Source: a virus. From it: a stretch of DNA of 64,000 nucleotides. The notes under the pieces are model-generated. The model was not told where the DNA came from and did not search any database. It saw nothing but the letters and a program-made list of their open reading frames with translations. The translations under genes and the position numbers were made by a program. This document shows, in pieces, positions 37,568 through 46,773 of the stretch (within the stretch, counting starts at the first letter, position 1; each line of letters opens with the position of its first letter). Location of the stretch: positions 32,001 to 96,000 of the IMG/VR virus record IMGVR_UViG_3300020439_000003; one strand, written 5' to 3'.

Positions 37568-38434
37568 TTAGTCGTTATCTTCAAATCCTTGTGGGTTCAA
37601 GAACACTCTCCATGTAGCACCATCTAGGTAGAAGAAGAAGTTCAAGAGATCATATCCATTACCAGGCGAGTATCCACCGTTTAATGTAGCAGTCTGACCG
37701 TTGATTTGTACACCATTGAGGTTACCAGACGTAGCAGTTGCTTGTCTAATTAGAACCTGTGCAACATACATAAAACCAGCAATGTTAGGGACATTCTGGA
37801 AATTCAATGTAAAGTTGTTAGTATATGTAGTGGGATTTTGAGTTTCAAAGATTTGTGCCTGTGAATGATCCAAAGCAACTGTACTTGACAGTGCGAAAGA
37901 AATCATTCTTTCCTTGGTTTGACCAAACTCAAAGGTCGAACCAGCAACCATTCTCAGATGGTTGTTAACAGCAGCGTAGTTGAAATATCTATATGCTGAG
38001 AGATCTTCGTCAACACCAATCAGTGTCCACGTTGCATTATTCTCAATAGTAACAGTACGACCGTTAGCAATAGTAATAGGAGCAGCAGAGAAACCGTTGC
38101 TAAACTCTATACCATTGTTAGCACTTGGACCAATAGTTAAGTTTTCATTGATAGTAGTACCGTTAGTTCTGATAATAGAATCCTCACCAACAGATGGTCC
38201 ACCACCACCAACATCGTCCCAACCAGGAGAACCAGGACCGTTGACATCAGGGAGATAACCCTGAATCATTTTCTCAGTTTCGTTATATACAATCGTACCG
38301 AGAGCAACAGTGCCTAGTGCATTGATTTCAGTCTGGTTGAGATTAGGCAAGTTGATCTGCTCTGTGACAGTCAGGGCGGTGATGATCGCCCTTGTCGCAT
38401 CGCTAATCTGATTACCTATAATTTTTGTGGACAT
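37568..38434 (-). CDS. Tail-fibre-like structural protein
   Basis: GTIVYN...GW, IIRTNGTTINENLTI...PITIANG and the C-terminal DLLNFF...DGATW fibre motifs. Confidence 0.65.
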   Translation of the reverse strand: MSTKIIGNQISDATRAIITALTVTEQINLPNLNQTEINALGTVALGTIVYNETEKMIQGYLPDVNGPGSPGWDDVGGGGPSVGEDSIIRTNGTTINENLTIGPSANNGIEFSNGFSAAPITIANGRTVTIENNATWTLIGVDEDLSAYRYFNYAAVNNHLRMVAGSTFEFGQTKERMISFALSSTVALDHSQAQIFETQNPTTYTNNFTLNFQNVPNIAGFMYVAQVLIRQATATSGNLNGVQINGQTATLNGGYSPGNGYDLLNFFFYLDGATWRVFLNPQGFEDND

Positions 38435-38454
38435 TAGATTCTCTTGCTAATTGT

Positions 38455-41400
38455 TTAGATAACAAGTTCACGAATTTGAATCACGTCACCTGTGGCAGGA
38501 ATAGTCGCGCCACCAATAGAGAAGTCAACAGCATTACCAGTTACGGTGTAGTCAACACCAGGGACTTGACATACACCATTCAAGAATACAAGTACAGAGT
38601 ATGCAGTATGACCAGGAGAGATTGCAAAGGTAACAGTAGAACCGTTGCCATTGTAAGTGATACCATTGTTACCACTACTTAAACCTGTCGCTAATCTATA
38701 TTTATCTGCACAACCATACTTTCCTGATACGTCAATGTCACCATTAAAGTAGGTGTTACCACTAACCTTCAATCGGTTAGAGGCATCAGGTGCCATACCA
38801 ATACCATAATTAGTGACACCAGAATAGCGTTGGGATGTAATCGGAGCAGTATCACTCAGACCCATCTTATACCATGTACCAGCATCATATACCCAACCAA
38901 GTGATTGACCAGGGGTCCAATCAATGTTATAGCAGATGTCTCCACTGTTAAATGCAAGACCAGCATCAAGATCAGGGAGTCCAGCAACTTCTTCTGCGAG
39001 GAAAGTCTGTTTCAGAACAGTACCATCATCGTTAGAATAAGTAAACTTCAACGACTGGATCTCATCCTGTGATGTCAGTTTCTTCTGCATGGTCACAGGA
39101 CCAGAGAATACTGACTCCAACTGGTTAGATGCACCACCAATCACGGTGAGTTTATCAGTCAGCACCAACTCAGAGAACGTCTCAATAGTTGTACCTTCCT
39201 CACCCAACACATTCAACTGTGCAATATCTTCGTTAGTGATCTGACCCGTAACAGGGTTAATCACCTGGTTACCCACGAAGAGTTCACCATCACTGTTCAC
39301 ACCAGAGTAGTATGCAACACCTGCTGCTTCTTTGAGTGACTGTGATAGTCTAACCTGTTCAGGTTTGAGCACTTCCACCTGGGTAGATGGGAATGCAGTT
39401 GAATAGTTACCAGGACCGAAACCAAGATACTCAAACGTGTGACCAGATGCTCTAAGAATAGAGTATCTTCTCAGTTCGATTGAGAGAGGAGCAACAGAGT
39501 TATCAGGGTTAAGTTGGAGAGGAATCTTTCTCTCTTCCTCATCACCCAGACGTGCAGTCACAACAATACCAGTCAATGTGTTCGTGGTAGTAGTGTAACC
39601 TAGGTTGTTCTCAGTTTCTTGTAGGAAGAACTGTGCTGTCTCCTTAGTAATAGACAACTGAGTGTCTTCATTGGGAGTAGGAGTTGCACCATCAGTAGTT
39701 CTAACCAGACCCAGAGTCTCGTTATCTGCCACAGATACAGATGCAGCGGGGTCAGCAACAGGATTGTCTCTGTCAAATGCAGGGTAGATGTCTACTGTCT
39801 GCTGTGAGAATTCAAAGTCATTGAAGTTCTGTGCAGCAGGAGATACAGATGCAGAAAGCATCGTGAGATAGTAGATACCATCAGCAACACCACGCTCAAA
39901 TGTTTGGAACGTCTCTACATCATAGATGTAGTATGTCTTACTATATGATGGTGAGTTAGTTTCAGACGATCTTGGTTGCATAACGAAACCAGTGATCGGA
40001 GGACGAGGAACAGGGAATGCATCCTTGTCCAATACATATCTGAAACGATAGGTTCTGTCATTCAAGTCACGAGCATCAGGGATACGACGGATGAACGTAG
40101 TAGGTGTAAATCCGAGGTTCTGATACAGCGAGTTCGCTTGAAGTGTGGTGTAGATAGTGTTAGCAGCACTGTCTACTTGCAGATACCACTGACTACGATT
40201 ACTATCCCATTTCAGTGGGTTGTCATCATCACCTGCTCTTGTACCAGTAACGGTAGGACCAGAGGGTGAAATGTTTGCGTAGTGAGTAGTTGGGTCGGAC
40301 GCGCCAGACGCGACGAGTGAAACGTAGATCTTATCAGGAGTATTGACATCATCGCGTCTTGCGCCAATAGTATAACCCTGGATCTTACTGGGCGGTCTAC
40401 CTGCTTCGGAAGTATATCCATACAGATAGAGTCTAGAAGCATCTGCTTCTGCCTTTGTAGTTGTAATATCAATAGTCACCCAGTTAATGGAGATCTCTTC
40501 TACATCTGATAGAGACTTGGGTGGGATGATGTGAGTAATTTGCCCTGCTTTGTCCTTGGTAAATGACGCAGCTTTGAACCCTTTGGATCGTAGGGATGTG
40601 TTACCGAAGTTTGAGTTAGAGTTCGTGATAGAGAGGTCACCACCACTGTCGGAGAAGAAGTGGTCACCGAATCCCACGGCGAACACTGACACAACCTGGA
40701 TAAAAGAGTCATTGGATGCTTTAATATGAACGTGTCGCCATCCACGTCTATACTCTGCTAGACCGTTGATGTGAGCACCTGAACCTGCCGCTTGTGGTTC
40801 ATATTGTCCAGTCGATTGGTTATATACAACGAATGCACGGTCATCCTTTTGTAGGGAGATACCCGTGAACTGTGCAACCACCATCGATTTGAAACCAGTT
40901 GCCTGGGAACCATCGGCGTGCATACCATTGATACCCCATACAGAACGTAGGGAGCAGTTGAACACATATGGTGAGGCAGAGTCAACGGTATCAATCTCAA
41001 CCTTCACGAGGATGTTTGAACCAATAGCATTACCGCTAGGTTCAGATGACATTTGATAGGTGAATTGGTTACCCTGTGCTGAGGTTACCAAGAACGATCC
41101 ATTATAGAGTAGTTGATCCTGCTCAGTAGGACCAGTAACGCCAGATATATTAACAGCGACACCCACGGAGAATCCGTGATTCTTCGGGTTGCCAAGTTCA
41201 TCCACCGTAAATGCCGTGGCAGTTTGTCCATTACGGATAATCTGAGATACAGCAAATTCGTCAGAAATAGGACCAACGATCCTGTTTTCTTCGATTCTTG
41301 CCTGCAACTGGTCTTGTGCAACAACGCCAGAAGAGTCAGGAATAGTAGCGTATGCTTTCGAGATCTTCTGATAGTAGAGACTCAGATCTTCGGGGTTAGC

Positions 41401-42033
41401 ATACTCAAAGCAAGTAATCTTGTGGTGAGAGAAGTTAGGTGCAATAGTAGCGATGTCATCACCACGATAATATACACCGTTGTTGTCCCCATCAAAGAAG
41501 GACATCTGCCAGAAATAGCAACCACCAGTCAGTCTAAAAATCGCAGAAGGACCAGGCTCATTGACAGCAGTAATACCGAGACTACCCTGTACTGTGGGAT
41601 AAGGGACGTATTTTGGAATGATTTTGGTTCTACGAAGGTCCGAACCAACAACAGAGACACCACGAGGGCAAATAATACCACCGCGAGTTGAATTAAATTT
41701 ATAAAGAACATTACTACTACTCGTTAGATCGAAGTTAGTATTAGCGTCAAACGGTTGGACATCATTATAGTCCGCAACCCCTGGTCTGTTATCGAGAACA
41801 TACTCAGAGGGATACAGATAGATTGAAAATGCGTCGAATTCGTCATTACTCAGACCAACACGATAGGAGAATCGTGCCACTTCAAGGAATGCTCTCTGCA
41901 ACGTCTTAAATGGACGCAACGCAGAGTTACCCCTATTGTCATATGCATCCGATGCATCAAAGTCGTCAGGGTTGACGTAGATAATACGTCCTGTCCTCGA
42001 CGTAATGATATTTTTAAGACGAGTAAGTGCCAT
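38455..42033 (-). CDS. Tail-fibre-like structural protein, 1192 aa
   Basis: MALTRL...IYVNPDDFDASD...RPFKTLQRA...GSDLRRTKIIPKYVP, the N-terminus typical of cyanomyovirus fibres; C-terminal VFLNGVCQVPGVDYTV repeat. Confidence 0.8.
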   Translation of the reverse strand: MALTRLKNIITSRTGRIIYVNPDDFDASDAYDNRGNSALRPFKTLQRAFLEVARFSYRVGLSNDEFDAFSIYLYPSEYVLDNRPGVADYNDVQPFDANTNFDLTSSSNVLYKFNSTRGGIICPRGVSVVGSDLRRTKIIPKYVPYPTVQGSLGITAVNEPGPSAIFRLTGGCYFWQMSFFDGDNNGVYYRGDDIATIAPNFSHHKITCFEYANPEDLSLYYQKISKAYATIPDSSGVVAQDQLQARIEENRIVGPISDEFAVSQIIRNGQTATAFTVDELGNPKNHGFSVGVAVNISGVTGPTEQDQLLYNGSFLVTSAQGNQFTYQMSSEPSGNAIGSNILVKVEIDTVDSASPYVFNCSLRSVWGINGMHADGSQATGFKSMVVAQFTGISLQKDDRAFVVYNQSTGQYEPQAAGSGAHINGLAEYRRGWRHVHIKASNDSFIQVVSVFAVGFGDHFFSDSGGDLSITNSNSNFGNTSLRSKGFKAASFTKDKAGQITHIIPPKSLSDVEEISINWVTIDITTTKAEADASRLYLYGYTSEAGRPPSKIQGYTIGARRDDVNTPDKIYVSLVASGASDPTTHYANISPSGPTVTGTRAGDDDNPLKWDSNRSQWYLQVDSAANTIYTTLQANSLYQNLGFTPTTFIRRIPDARDLNDRTYRFRYVLDKDAFPVPRPPITGFVMQPRSSETNSPSYSKTYYIYDVETFQTFERGVADGIYYLTMLSASVSPAAQNFNDFEFSQQTVDIYPAFDRDNPVADPAASVSVADNETLGLVRTTDGATPTPNEDTQLSITKETAQFFLQETENNLGYTTTTNTLTGIVVTARLGDEEERKIPLQLNPDNSVAPLSIELRRYSILRASGHTFEYLGFGPGNYSTAFPSTQVEVLKPEQVRLSQSLKEAAGVAYYSGVNSDGELFVGNQVINPVTGQITNEDIAQLNVLGEEGTTIETFSELVLTDKLTVIGGASNQLESVFSGPVTMQKKLTSQDEIQSLKFTYSNDDGTVLKQTFLAEEVAGLPDLDAGLAFNSGDICYNIDWTPGQSLGWVYDAGTWYKMGLSDTAPITSQRYSGVTNYGIGMAPDASNRLKVSGNTYFNGDIDVSGKYGCADKYRLATGLSSGNNGITYNGNGSTVTFAISPGHTAYSVLVFLNGVCQVPGVDYTVTGNAVDFSIGGATIPATGDVIQIRELVI

Positions 42034-42063
42034 TTACTTGGGTTCCTCTTACCTATGTATTTA

Positions 42064-44274
42064 TTATGGTGTCGCGCCGCCACCGCCAGAATCAGCGGCT
42101 TTGGTGTTAACGACCACCGCGAAATCATCAGAAACTGATTCAAATCCAGTGACGTTGTATGCAATATCACCAGCAGAAGAATATACCAAGATGTTCTGAC
42201 CAGGACCAACCACAATGCCAGTAGTTCTGTCTACTGAATTTGCAGCGATTGCCTTGTCATAAGCAATATAATCTTCGGCGTTAGTATATGTTTCAGCAGT
42301 TGCACCTGCCTTATCACCTGTACCAATACCATTGATGTCAAAAGTGAGGTTAGCAGCGCCACCACCACCAAGGACAGCATCAGTTGCAGTTAGAGTTTCA
42401 CCATCAACATAATCTTTACCACCATTGACCAGAGTTACAGTAGCAGCACCAGATCCATCTACTACAATAGAAACAGTACAACCAGATCCAGTGCCACCAG
42501 TAGGAGATACACTGTAAGTACCAGCAGAGCGAGATGCATCGGCAGCGCCAACACTATCAAAAGCAAGAATCTTACCAGCAACTACCTCCGCCATGTAACG
42601 ATTCTCGTTAGCACGAGTCGGAGTGTCATAGAAAGTATCACCAACTGCGAAAGCAGGAGATCCAATATCCAGAGAGATCTTCAACACGTTGCGTGCAGGA
42701 TCCCAGTCATGGACATATCCATACTTACCAGGTGTTACACCATTGTTTTGAACAGTGTAAGTAACACCACCAAGGTCAAAAGTATCAGCAGCAGCGAAAG
42801 TCTCACCTGCTACCTTATAGATATAAATTTCTTCGTACTCAGGATTGTTGGCAATACTAATAGCATGACCAAACTGAGCATTACCATCCTCAGTGTTAGC
42901 AACTGCGGGTTCAGCGTAGGTGTTAAGTGACAGAGGAGTTGCCTCATCAATCACAATTTCCAAATAACCATTAGATCCAGCAGTACCTACCTTGGTAACA
43001 CCAGTAGTATATTCAACACCAGTCAGCGTTTGGGTTCCATCGACTTCTTCCGAAAGGCGAAGTGGATGACCAGTATTACTACTATCAGATTGAATATAAC
43101 GGTAAGTCCGTTCGTTATCAAATCCAGCGGCAAGCGGAAACTCATAAGTTCCTGTGCTAGATCCCTCAGCAATGATAAATTTATCACGGTTTTCAACAGG
43201 GGTAGAACCCTGTGAGAAGTTTGCAGGTACAGTAGCATTAGAAGTACCACCTGTCAAGGTCTCACCCTCAGTCAGGAAGTTCAAATAATAGTCACCAGCA
43301 TCAGTCAACTGAGTAACAGCAGAACCATCGGTGTGGTCAACAGCAGAAGTACCATACACACCACGGATCACACCCAGATCGTTACCAGCAACAGACTCAA
43401 CTTGAAGGAGTTCGTTGCCAATTCTGATGAAAGATCCTTCAAGGAATCCAGTTGCATCAGTCAGAGTCAAGGTAGCATCAGCAGCAGCGTACGTTGCACC
43501 TTCGTTAATGGTAGATGCAGTAGCAGAGTCGATGAAAGACTTAACATACTCACCAGCAGGAATAGCAGATGCCGTCGTACCATACACACCACGAGTAACA
43601 GTCAGTGTGTTGTTAGTAGTGTTAATACCACCAACGTTGATAGAAAGAATCTCAGTACCAGTATCAGTCGGAGCGTCACTTCTCATCAAGAGAGTATTCT
43701 CAGCAAGACCAGTGTTACGAGATACCTTAACACTTGTAGCACCAGATGCTACGTCTGCCATGGCAAAAGTCAGACCACCCGTGGTGTTATCAAACGCACG
43801 AACAGTAGCAGTCAGACCAGAAGTACCGCCAGTAATAGTCTCACCTGCCACCAACAAACCAATAAGGTTATCTACGTTGGTCTCAGTCGTGAGAAGTTTC
43901 TCAACTTTAACGTATCTCATCACGGTAGCAGTGTCCTTGAATACGTCAAGGAGTTTTGCAGTTGCACCGCTAGTCGATACAATATCAGCACCAGGAGTTG
44001 CATCAGCAAATGCAATACCAGGAGTGACTTTCAACTTGTAAGTTGAAATTGGATTACCTTTTGTGAATTCTAAGTTATTCGTGGTTGCACCTTCATCACC
44101 ATTCATGGTGAGAATTTGGTCGTAATCACGAATTGCAGCACGGTAGGTAACTCCGCTACCACTAGCATTGGTGGCAGTCAGGACCGTGGATGCAGTGTTA
44201 TCGATGTTGCATCGATACAGTGATGTATTTGTAGTTGCCGCTGGTTTTGCAGCGGCGAGTCTTCCTGCTGTCAT
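42064..44274 (-). CDS. Virion structural protein
   Basis: Thr/Gly/Ala-rich with repeated LTV.RGVYGT.A modules; within the fibre cluster. Confidence 0.7.
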   Translation of the reverse strand: MTAGRLAAAKPAATTNTSLYRCNIDNTASTVLTATNASGSGVTYRAAIRDYDQILTMNGDEGATTNNLEFTKGNPISTYKLKVTPGIAFADATPGADIVSTSGATAKLLDVFKDTATVMRYVKVEKLLTTETNVDNLIGLLVAGETITGGTSGLTATVRAFDNTTGGLTFAMADVASGATSVKVSRNTGLAENTLLMRSDAPTDTGTEILSINVGGINTTNNTLTVTRGVYGTTASAIPAGEYVKSFIDSATASTINEGATYAAADATLTLTDATGFLEGSFIRIGNELLQVESVAGNDLGVIRGVYGTSAVDHTDGSAVTQLTDAGDYYLNFLTEGETLTGGTSNATVPANFSQGSTPVENRDKFIIAEGSSTGTYEFPLAAGFDNERTYRYIQSDSSNTGHPLRLSEEVDGTQTLTGVEYTTGVTKVGTAGSNGYLEIVIDEATPLSLNTYAEPAVANTEDGNAQFGHAISIANNPEYEEIYIYKVAGETFAAADTFDLGGVTYTVQNNGVTPGKYGYVHDWDPARNVLKISLDIGSPAFAVGDTFYDTPTRANENRYMAEVVAGKILAFDSVGAADASRSAGTYSVSPTGGTGSGCTVSIVVDGSGAATVTLVNGGKDYVDGETLTATDAVLGGGGAANLTFDINGIGTGDKAGATAETYTNAEDYIAYDKAIAANSVDRTTGIVVGPGQNILVYSSAGDIAYNVTGFESVSDDFAVVVNTKAADSGGGGATP

Positions 44275-44281
44275 TTGTTAA

Positions 44282-45616
44282 TTACCATCCTGCCTGGAAA
44301 AATGTTTGGAGTCGGAGTCTACCCCCGAAGGTTGGTGCCGCGAGAGGACCACCGAAACTAACACCCACCGCGTCGATGTTGTTAGTGGAGAGAAGCGTTG
44401 CGTCGCCATCAGGGAACTGAATTTGTACAGAACCAGTGATGTTCGTGGTGTCAATGTTGATAATACCGTTGACATTATCAGGGTTATTGATCGCCACATA
44501 CTCCAACGTCTTATAAGCAAGCGTTTGAGTTGCTCGCTCTGCAACCAAGACATTTGGATCCGTACCATTATTTAGAGGGGCAGTAACACTGCCGCCTGGG
44601 AAACTGAATACGAGGTTATTGTTAGTTGGGATGTTCTCCATCTCCAACGTAACCTTCTTACTATTATCGTCTGTATCCTGGAAGATAGCACCTTCGTAGG
44701 TTTTGTTCGTCAGGATTTGTGTAGACGCTTCACCAACAACTTTGACGTTCAAGTCAGGGAACGTAACAGTTCTATCCTGAGTCAGTTCTGATTGGTCGAA
44801 GATAACATAACGAGTTGGATCGTTCTCATCATTAGAAGGAGTATTAGAGAACGTGGGGTTAACCATGTTCTTATTATATACATCCTGCTCAGTAACGTCA
44901 TCCAAGATAGTAGACTGAGTAATGGCGGCACCGAAATCGGGCAGTCTGTATGTATGCAGACCAGGTGCATCCCATGCGTCAGTCTCAAACTTTGCGATCT
45001 TTGCAGCGTTAGTAGAACCAGTAATACTCAGATCACTATCCTTAATAATGATCGTCTTATTAGTGATAGTCTGGTTCGTATCAGTAGCAAGAAAGGTGGT
45101 CGTAGTGTTCGCACCCAAGTTAGGGAAGTCGAAACGCTTCGTGCCACCTGCTGTTGATACAGTACCAACGTTGAAAAATACTCTCTTGCCAGGGTTCTGA
45201 TCGTCCTCAAAGAACAGCGTGTTGTCGGTAAAGATTGTAGTACCGTCAACCGTAAAGTAACCACTACCCTGCGGAGTGATCTCTACGTTAGCATTTGCCG
45301 ATGCAGTATCAATAGCACGGATTTCCAGAGTGGAGGATCCATCCGAGTTTGCATTCCGACTATTATATAATGCTGCCGTACCAAATGTGATACCAATTTC
45401 ATTTACATTGGATTGGTACAAACCAGTGTCACGGTCCAAATTGAAAGCCATACCTGGGGCGGTCTGACTTCCTGCCGATACTGATCGAAAGAGTTGATTA
45501 ACTCTTGCCTTCCTGTTGGGGATGAGTGGGTCAGAAATGACAATAGGAAGAACTGCTTCTCCCGTTACCAGGTCGTCGCCAACAGTTTGAAGTTGTGATA
45601 TTCTTTTAGTTCCCAC
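44282..45616 (-). CDS. Virion structural / fibre-like protein
   Basis: TKRISQL N-terminus, GSQTAPG..F..D.DTGLY and repeated TQxLTNKT motifs; GTG start after a late promoter. Confidence 0.7.
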   Translation of the reverse strand: MGTKRISQLQTVGDDLVTGEAVLPIVISDPLIPNRKARVNQLFRSVSAGSQTAPGMAFNLDRDTGLYQSNVNEIGITFGTAALYNSRNANSDGSSTLEIRAIDTASANANVEITPQGSGYFTVDGTTIFTDNTLFFEDDQNPGKRVFFNVGTVSTAGGTKRFDFPNLGANTTTTFLATDTNQTITNKTIIIKDSDLSITGSTNAAKIAKFETDAWDAPGLHTYRLPDFGAAITQSTILDDVTEQDVYNKNMVNPTFSNTPSNDENDPTRYVIFDQSELTQDRTVTFPDLNVKVVGEASTQILTNKTYEGAIFQDTDDNSKKVTLEMENIPTNNNLVFSFPGGSVTAPLNNGTDPNVLVAERATQTLAYKTLEYVAINNPDNVNGIINIDTTNITGSVQIQFPDGDATLLSTNNIDAVGVSFGGPLAAPTFGGRLRLQTFFQAGW

Positions 45617-45646
45617 TACACTCTCACGGGCGCTGTTGTTCCAAGT

Positions 45647-45654
45647 TATTTATA
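45647..45654 (-). promoter_or_regulatory. T4 late promoter TATAAATA
   Basis: Perfect consensus 30 nt upstream of 45616. Confidence 0.8.
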
Positions 45655-45889
45655 ACGTTACAGACCTGTGTCCCATGAGAAGAGTCAATAGCGAGTTTGC
45701 TTTCTCTCGCATTTTGTCGTGATAGTCACGGGCACTAATGACCTCTGCGATGATCTCTTCGTAGCACTGCCGAGGATCAAAATCATCAAAACACATGTAA
45801 TCGTTAATAGCGTCACTTAGACGTTCCCTCCTTTGTTGTTCGTAAGTTTTATCGGGTCCGAGATTAGGGCGTCCCTCAGTCGGGGACAT
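45650..45889 (-). CDS. Hypothetical protein
   Basis: YEQQRRERLSDAINDY; resembles the 63445-63642 protein. Confidence 0.7.
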   Translation of the reverse strand: MSPTEGRPNLGPDKTYEQQRRERLSDAINDYMCFDDFDPRQCYEEIIAEVISARDYHDKMREKANSLLTLLMGHRSVTL

Positions 45890-46142
45890 CTTGGAAGTTG
45901 TCAATGTATTCCTCCATATTAAAGACGATGGGATGGCACTCTTCCATAATTAAGTAAGATGACCATCGATAAAGATCTTCCATTGTGATCTTTGGATTGT
46001 TCTCTGCCTGTATGATGACCTGTGGGTCATTGGGATCAAATCCCTCGTCCTCAAATGTGAACGGTAACCCAGAGATCAAAAACATCTTAACTATGCCACA
46101 TGTATCAAGATAACAATACTGCTCAGTTACGTTGAACTTCAT
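45876..46142 (-). CDS. Hypothetical protein
   Basis: 88 aa; GLPFTFE...YLIMEECHP. Confidence 0.75.
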   Translation of the reverse strand: MKFNVTEQYCYLDTCGIVKMFLISGLPFTFEDEGFDPNDPQVIIQAENNPKITMEDLYRWSSYLIMEECHPIVFNMEEYIDNFQDVPD

Positions 46143-46347
46143 GCGCTTCCTCTTGCATCATCGATGCGATCTTGCCTTCTAAGATAAGACAGACCTCTTT
46201 AACGGTCTGTGCCTTAATACTATGTAGGTGTGTTGCGTCTTCATAACCTAATACAGTACCATGCCAGTGCTGGTCGATGTCAGAGAACCACAGTTTAATA
46301 TCAACTGTTAAGTTCTTCTTGCATGGCGCTGAGTTCTTCATTGACAT
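46123..46347 (-). CDS. Hypothetical protein (start uncertain)
   Basis: Fills the operon gap. Confidence 0.5.
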   Translation of the reverse strand: MSMKNSAPCKKNLTVDIKLWFSDIDQHWHGTVLGYEDATHLHSIKAQTVKEVCLILEGKIASMMQEEAHEVQRN

Positions 46348-46579
46348 ACTGTGCTACTCCTGCGGGATCTGGTTTCCAGTCACTTGGCATGGGCAAATCG
46401 GGCGGAAGATCGTCATTTGCCTGCGCGTAACTGTTTACGTATTCAGGTACAGGAACCATCAATACTGAGGGTTTGCCCTCCTGAACGATCTTGATTGTAT
46501 GACCTCTTTCTACGAGTGTCAAGCAGAAGTCCAAGTTTTCTTGCACTTCTTCAATTTTCAATTCAAGTAGACTAGACAT
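46301..46579 (-). CDS. Phd/YefM-like small protein
   Basis: IEEVQENLDFCLTLVERGHTIKIVQEGKPSVLMVP follows the Phd N-terminal pattern. Confidence 0.55.
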   Translation of the reverse strand: MSSLLELKIEEVQENLDFCLTLVERGHTIKIVQEGKPSVLMVPVPEYVNSYAQANDDLPPDLPMPSDWKPDPAGVAQYVNEELSAMQEELNS

Positions 46580-46773
46580 TAGAAACAATAGGTACGTTGA
46601 TCAGATTCAAGGTTGTCTTGAAGCAACTCGGTAATCACCTGGAAACTTTCAGCACCATCGGTATCGAAGGTGAATTGGACAGTTTCATCATAACCCTCAT
46701 CATCTTGTACGACGATGCGGCGCTCAGGGAAGTGGAAGTAAGCGTGAGCGATAAAGCGAGGTTCAGTGTTCAT
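46579..46773 (-). CDS. Hypothetical protein
   Basis: 64 aa; TAATG-coupled to gp5. Confidence 0.7.
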   Translation of the reverse strand: MNTEPRFIAHAYFHFPERRIVVQDDEGYDETVQFTFDTDGAESFQVITELLQDNLESDQRTYCF

